Under the pieces are notes generated by a model, which made no database searches, was not told the DNA's origin, and was given only the letters and a program-made list of their open reading frames with translations. The position numbers were made by a program, and so were the translations under genes. From an uncultured Acidimicrobiales bacterium (GTDB lineage: Bacteria > Actinomycetota > Acidimicrobiia > Acidimicrobiales > VFJN01), in NCBI GenBank assembly GCA_963796415.1, contig CAWCLR010000012.1:106145-170144 (forward strand): 64,000 bases of DNA, written 5' to 3'. Shown here piece after piece: positions 59,938 through 64,000 of this stretch (the stretch's first letter is position 1; each line of letters begins with the position of its first letter).

Positions 59938-61431
59938 ATGGCGCACACGGCACGGATCACGGGCGAATCGGGCACCATCCGGCTCGGCCGACGGCAGTTC
60001 CTCGCCCGCTCGGCGGCCGCCGCTGGCGGCGCGGCCCTGGCCGGCCCGTTCGCCGGCTTCCTCGCCGGACCGGCGGGGGCGCAGCCTGCCGTCGCACTGG
60101 GGCCGGTGCCCGACCTGCGCGACGGCGTCGTGCGCCTGCACCTGCCCGAGGGGTTCCAGTACCGGTCGTTCCACGACACCGAGCAGCCGGTCACCCTCGA
60201 CGACGGCACCCTCCTGCCCGGCCGCCACGACGGCATGGCCGCCTTCCGCGGATCGCACGGCAACGTGGTGCTGGTCCGCAACCACGAGGTCAACGGCCCG
60301 GTCGGCGCGTTCGGCGACGCCTCCAAGGCCTACGACCCGATGACGGGCGGCGGGACCACCACGATCGAGGTGACCCGGTACGGCGAGGTCGTCCGCTCCT
60401 TCACCAGCCTGAACGGCACGCAGATGAACTGCTCGGGCGGGCCGATGCCGTGGGGGAGCTGGGTCACGTGCGAGGAGACGATCAACGGCCCCGACGTCGG
60501 CCCCGACTTCACCGGCGCGTCGAACGTCACGCTGACCCAGCCCCACGGGTTCGTCTTCGAGGTGCCCGCCAGCGGAGAGTCGACCGGCGAGCCCATCACG
60601 GCCGCCGGCCGGTTCGCGCACGAGGCCGTGGCGTTCGACCCGCTCCGGGGCGCGCTCTACATGACCGAGGACAACTTCGGCTTCCCGTCGGGCCTCTACC
60701 GCTACCTGCCCGACGAGCACCCGTTGTGGCACCGGCGGCTCGGCAACGGCGGCCGCCTGCAGATGCTGGCCGTGCGCGGTGTGGCGCAGGCCGACCTGGC
60801 CGCGACGCAACCCGAGGGCGCCACCTACCGGGTGACGTGGGTCGACATCGACGACCCGGCGCCGTCGTTCCCGTTCACGCCGGGGCAGACCGCGCCGACC
60901 TCGAACAACGATGCCATCAGCTACGTCGGCAACCAGGGCCGGGCGCAGGGGGCGGCGTTCTTCTCCCGCCTGGAGGGCTGCGTCTACGACCGCGGCGTCG
61001 TGTACTTCACCTCGACGCAGGGCGGCGGGCCGGCCGAGCCCGGCGACAGCGACACGGTGCAGGGCTGGGGCAACGGCTTCGGGCAGGTCTGGGCGTACGA
61101 CACGTTCTCGTCGCGGTTGCGGCTGGTGTTCCAGTCCCCCGGTCCCGACGTGCTCGACTTCCCCGACAACGTCACGACCAGCAACCGCGGGACGCTGGTG
61201 CTGTGCGAGGACAGCACCGGCGACAACTTCCTGCGCGGCCTCAACCGCCACGGCGAGCTGTTCGACATCGCGCTCAACCGGCTCGTCAGCAACACGGGGA
61301 CGCCCCGCTTCGGCGACGAGTTCGCAGGGTCGACGTTCAGCCCCGACGGGCGCACGCTGTTCGTCAACATCCAGGCCAGCCGCGGCATGTCGTTCGCCAT
61401 CTGGGGCCCCTGGGGCCGCATCGGCGTCTGA
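59938..61431 (+). CDS. PhoX family (DUF839) phosphatase with Tat signal
   Basis: The ATG at 59938 gives a Tat motif RRQFLARSAAAAGG. NCSGGPMPWGSWVTCEE and FVNIQ...FAIWGPW blocks are typical of PhoX/DUF839. The upstream part of track ORF 58198..61431 is read-through over hppA. Confidence 0.85.
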   Translation: MAHTARITGESGTIRLGRRQFLARSAAAAGGAALAGPFAGFLAGPAGAQPAVALGPVPDLRDGVVRLHLPEGFQYRSFHDTEQPVTLDDGTLLPGRHDGMAAFRGSHGNVVLVRNHEVNGPVGAFGDASKAYDPMTGGGTTTIEVTRYGEVVRSFTSLNGTQMNCSGGPMPWGSWVTCEETINGPDVGPDFTGASNVTLTQPHGFVFEVPASGESTGEPITAAGRFAHEAVAFDPLRGALYMTEDNFGFPSGLYRYLPDEHPLWHRRLGNGGRLQMLAVRGVAQADLAATQPEGATYRVTWVDIDDPAPSFPFTPGQTAPTSNNDAISYVGNQGRAQGAAFFSRLEGCVYDRGVVYFTSTQGGGPAEPGDSDTVQGWGNGFGQVWAYDTFSSRLRLVFQSPGPDVLDFPDNVTTSNRGTLVLCEDSTGDNFLRGLNRHGELFDIALNRLVSNTGTPRFGDEFAGSTFSPDGRTLFVNIQASRGMSFAIWGPWGRIGV

Positions 61432-61451
61432 CGGCGGCCCAACGGGGGTTC

Positions 61452-61495
61452 TTCTTCGCGGTTCTGCGCACCGGAGCGCGCACAACCGCGAAGAA
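61452..61495. terminator. bidirectional hairpin TTCTTCGCGGTTCTGCGC-N8-GCGCACAACCGCGAAGAA between convergent phoX and SIP genes
   Basis: Read directly. 18-bp arms with one mismatch, flanked by A/T runs. Confidence 0.6.
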
Positions 61496-61500
61496 AACCT

Positions 61501-62643
61501 CTAGGCCTCGTCGTCGGGGTCGCCGGCGTGGGCGGCGTGGCGCCAGTAAGCCACGAGGGAGACCGCGGCGCGGTCGAGGCCGACATCCCGGCGAACGTAT
61601 TTGCGCACCGCCGTCATGGCCCGGCTCTCGCCCCCGCCCCACACGTACGGCGTCCCGCCCGGCCAGGGCATGGCCCGCACCGCGTCGGCCAGCAGCGAGG
61701 TCGTGCCGGGCGGGGCCCCGTCGCGGTGCAGCCACGTGACCTCGAACGACGGCGACTCGGGCAACTGCTGCCGCTCGTCCTCGCTCGCCACCTCGGCGAA
61801 CACCCGGGCCGTCGTCCCGTCGGGCAACGACTCGAGGATGGCGGCCACGGCTGGGAGTCCGGTCTCGTCGGCCACCAGCAGGTACCAGTCGGTGCCGGGC
61901 GGCGGGGCGTAGGCGGTGCGCGGGCCCCACAGGGCGACCGGGTCGCCCGGCCGGGCCCGTTCCGCCCACGCCGACGCCGGGCCGGCGTCGGTGTGCAGCA
62001 CGCACAGGATGTCGAGCTCCTGGGGTTCGGGCCGCCAGCGCCGCAGCGTGTAGTAGGCGCCGACCGGCCGCTCGTCCTCGGGCATCTCGGCGTGGGCGGC
62101 CCACGTGAAGGACTGGTCGATGGTCAGCTCGGTGCGCCCGGGCGGCGGCACCAACACGTAGAGGAACGTGTCGGGTCCGGCCGGCGCGAAGGTGGCGAGG
62201 TCGCCGCCGCCGAACGTGATCCTGCGGAGGTGCGGGTGCACATCTTCGACCGCCACCACGTGGGTGAGGAACGTACGGATCGCCGACATCTCCTGCATGA
62301 CCCGCTCGGCGCTGGTCACGCCGTCGTCGCCTGACCGCTCGCGGGCCGAGACGACGAACGCGAACAGCTCGGCCGTGAGCTGGTCGGGGTCGGTCACCTC
62401 GCTCCCGAACGGGATGCGGCGCAGGTGATCGCCGTCGGCGTCGGTCACGACCATGGTGGCCGCCCGGGTGTCGACGGACGTGACGCGGGCGCGGGTCGCG
62501 CCCGGGCACTCGCCGAGCACGCGTCCGACGAACAGCACGGAGTCCTCGAAGTCGACGTTGAGCCGGTCGAGGACGTCGGGGGCGGTGGCCGCCAGCTGCG
62601 CGGCCAGGCGGTCGGTGCTGACGGCGGAGGTCGTGTCGGCCAT
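61501..62643 (-). CDS. siderophore-interacting protein (SIP FAD reductase) with ~120-aa N-terminal extension
   Basis: The C-terminal two thirds have SIP motifs (AYYTLRRW, VLHTDAGPASAWA, WYLLVADETGLPAVAAILE, YVWGGGESRAMTAVRKYV). The extra N-terminal domain resembles DUF2470/heme-utilisation-type add-ons (uncertain). Confidence 0.85.
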   Translation of the reverse strand: MADTTSAVSTDRLAAQLAATAPDVLDRLNVDFEDSVLFVGRVLGECPGATRARVTSVDTRAATMVVTDADGDHLRRIPFGSEVTDPDQLTAELFAFVVSARERSGDDGVTSAERVMQEMSAIRTFLTHVVAVEDVHPHLRRITFGGGDLATFAPAGPDTFLYVLVPPPGRTELTIDQSFTWAAHAEMPEDERPVGAYYTLRRWRPEPQELDILCVLHTDAGPASAWAERARPGDPVALWGPRTAYAPPPGTDWYLLVADETGLPAVAAILESLPDGTTARVFAEVASEDERQQLPESPSFEVTWLHRDGAPPGTTSLLADAVRAMPWPGGTPYVWGGGESRAMTAVRKYVRRDVGLDRAAVSLVAYWRHAAHAGDPDDEA

Positions 62644-62658
62644 GGCGGCGACCCTACC

Positions 62659-62677
62659 GATAGTTAGGTCTACCTAA
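62659..62677. promoter_or_regulatory. iron-box-like dyad (GTTAGGT-ct-ACCTAAC core) upstream of the second SIP gene
   Basis: GATAGTTAGGTCTACCTAA has 12/19 matches by hand to TTAGGTTAGGCTAACCTAA. 16-34 nt upstream of the SIP start codon (62643, minus strand). Confidence 0.4.
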
Positions 62678-62713
62678 CAAGATGCAATCGGCGCGCCAGC
62701 CGCAGAGAACTCC

Positions 62714-62744
62714 TTGACTTAGAGCGCACTCCAACCCCTACCGT
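62714..62744 (+). promoter_or_regulatory. MerR-type promoter TTGACT-19 bp-TACCGT with imperfect dyad TTAGAGCGCACTCCAA; probably a leaderless merR-like transcript
   Basis: Read directly. The -10 ends 7 nt before GTG 62752. Nearly identical to 29301-29331. Confidence 0.55.
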
Positions 62745-62751
62745 CGTCCTC

Positions 62752-63231
62752 GTGAGCGCAGCCACGACCCTCGACGCACATTCCGACGCCCAGCTCGACG
62801 CCCCACTCGACCCAGATCCCGGCATCGAAGAGGCGTCGTGCAGCCCGCCGCCCCAGCCGCTCCGCGACGGCGAGACGCGCACCATCGCCGAGGTCGCCGA
62901 GCGCACCGGGGTCACCGCCCACACGCTGCGCTACTACGAGCGCATCGGGCTGCTGTCCGTGCCCCGCGACGCCGCCGGCCACCGGCTGTACACGCAAGAC
63001 GAGATGGCCCGCGTCGTGTTCATCACCCGGCTGCGCCTGACGGCCATGCCGATCCGCGACATCCAGGCCTACTTCCGCCTCGTCGAGGACGGGCCCGGCA
63101 ACGAGGACCAGCGCCTCGCCCTGCTCGAGCGCCACCGCGACCAGGTCAAGGCCCACATCGTCGAGCTCGAGGCCGCGCTCGGCGTCGTCGAGTACAAGAT
63201 CGCCACGTACGGGGGCAGCTGCCTCCCGTGA
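62752..63231 (+). CDS. MerR family transcriptional regulator with ~40-aa acidic/Pro-rich N-terminal extension
   Basis: [29 protein letters not shown] followed by a coiled-coil. GTG start. Confidence 0.85.
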   Translation: MSAATTLDAHSDAQLDAPLDPDPGIEEASCSPPPQPLRDGETRTIAEVAERTGVTAHTLRYYERIGLLSVPRDAAGHRLYTQDEMARVVFITRLRLTAMPIRDIQAYFRLVEDGPGNEDQRLALLERHRDQVKAHIVELEAALGVVEYKIATYGGSCLP

Positions 63232-63298
63232 GCTGGCCGGCCGGCGACCTCCCCCGGCGCCGGCCCTTTCCGCACACCCGAACCGGAAGGAACCCACC

Positions 63299-64000
63299 AT
63301 GACCCTCCCCACGCGCGCCCTCGGCCAGACCGGCCCGACCGTCTCGTTCCAGGGCCTCGGCTGCATGGGCATGAGCTTCGCCTACGGCGCCCCCGACGCC
63401 GACGAGTCGGTCGCCACCATCGCCCGGGCCCTCGAGCTCGGCGTGACCTTCTTCGACACCGCCGACATGTACGGCTTCGGCCACAACGAGGAGCTGGTCG
63501 GCAAGGCCCTGGCCCCGCACCGCGACGAGGTCGTCCTCGCCACCAAGTTCGGCATCTACCTGAACCCCGACGACCCCAGCGGCCGCGGCGTGCGGGGCGA
63601 CGCCGACTACGTCCGTCAGGCGTGCGACGCCTCGCTCGGGCGGCTCGGCACCGACCACATCGACCTCTACTACCAGCACCGGCCCGACGTGACCGTGCCG
63701 ATCGAGGAGACGGTGGGCGCCATGGCCGAGCTGGTCGAGGCGGGGAAGGTCCGCCACCTCGGCCTGAGCGAGGCGTCGGCGGACACGATCCGCCGGGCGG
63801 CCGCGGTCCACCCGATCGCCGCCCTCCAGAGCGAGTGGTCGATCTTCAGCCGGGACATCGAGGACGAGATCGTCCCGGCGTGTCGCGAGCACGGCGTCGG
63901 CCTCGTGCCGTACAGCCCGCTGGGCCGGGGTCTGCTCACGGGGACGGTCGGCAGCCTCGACCAGCTGTCCGACGACGACTTCCGGCGCTCGGTGCCCCGG
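63299..64000 (+). CDS. aldo/keto reductase, 5' part (3' end outside window)
   Basis: ATG at 63299 after [39 protein letters not shown]. The frame is open to the window end. Not in the ORF track because it is truncated. Confidence 0.9.
   Translation, partial: MTLPTRALGQTGPTVSFQGLGCMGMSFAYGAPDADESVATIARALELGVTFFDTADMYGFGHNEELVGKALAPHRDEVVLATKFGIYLNPDDPSGRGVRGDADYVRQACDASLGRLGTDHIDLYYQHRPDVTVPIEETVGAMAELVEAGKVRHLGLSEASADTIRRAAAVHPIAALQSEWSIFSRDIEDEIVPACREHGVGLVPYSPLGRGLLTGTVGSLDQLSDDDFRRSVPR

Noticed and set aside
58198-61431. 1077-aa ORF implying a very large PhoX.
   Set aside because: The upstream 580 aa overlap hppA out of frame and are low-complexity. The Tat signal and ATG at 59938 mark the true start.
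1-64000. Transposases, integrases, phage genes, toxin-antitoxin pairs, restriction-modification or other recognisable defence systems, and rRNA genes.
   Set aside because: No translation in any frame showed the corresponding signature motifs (DDE, tyrosine-recombinase RHRY context, terminase, PIN/RelE-type folds, DNA methyltransferase motif IV and so on). The two methyltransferases at 20.7-22.4 kb look like small-molecule class I enzymes.

Overview
Very GC-rich, gene-dense chromosomal segment of actinobacterial type. The evidence is an F420/LLM oxidoreductase, MMPL, CsoR-CopA, an LPXTG substrate, a membrane H+-pyrophosphatase, many TetR regulators, and pervasive ATGA/GTGA start-stop overlaps. 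The exact taxon cannot be determined from the sequence alone. I call about 57 protein genes or pseudogenes and one tRNA-Ser(CGA). I found no rRNA, CRISPR array, transposase or integrase.

Gene order, left to right:
- EEP phosphoesterase (partial) and LacI.
- A Liv-type ABC uptake locus with unusual fusions (SBP; MFS-LivF; LivH-LivM-LivG), then an alpha/beta hydrolase and a GH3 beta-glucosidase.
- Sulfotransferase, TetR, DUF1214.
- An SDR/SnoaL/ADH operon with its TetR, then an NmrA-like gene with its TetR.
- AlkZ/YcaQ-like glycosylase, two SAM methyltransferases, PadR.
- A NarL-type two-component system, MMPL, FAH, HAD, LLM oxidoreductase, tadA, MocR, GNAT.
- tRNA-Ser followed by a ~0.9 kb islet bounded by a duplicated tRNA 3' end.
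- arsR-CDF-DUF3703 metal module, LPXTG protein, serine hydrolase.
- SIP reductase plus a siderophore-type SBP, then DUF5990 plus an ankyrin protein, then DUF3817.
- csoR-copA, nfo, ABC exporter.
- VOC / aminotransferase-omega-amidase.
- ACAD-SDR-MaoC, an 849-aa SpeE-like polytopic membrane protein, and DUF35-thiolase.
- DtxR-family regulator plus hppA, PhoX, a second SIP, MerR plus AKR (partial).

Main second-look items:
1. About 30 reading-frame breaks inside otherwise well-conserved genes. They are strongly clustered (16 or more in 23.8-28.5 kb, none I can see in 38.8-51.8 or 52.1-64 kb) and mostly behave as single extra bases. They are either sequencing or assembly indels or local pseudogenisation, and every frameshifted call below depends on which.
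2. The fused MFS-LivF / LivHMG transporter.
3. The tRNA-Ser att-like duplication with an integrase-less islet.
4. A nearly identical MerR-type 19-bp-spacer promoter/operator at two loci 33 kb apart.
5. An identical CCTGAC-N5-GTCAGA dyad upstream of two beta-oxidation-like operons.
6. Two related ~50-bp intergenic palindromes.
7. An aminotransferase/omega-amidase single ORF with an internal SD-ATG.

I cannot point to one clear-cut new multi-gene system. The items above are leads, not demonstrations.
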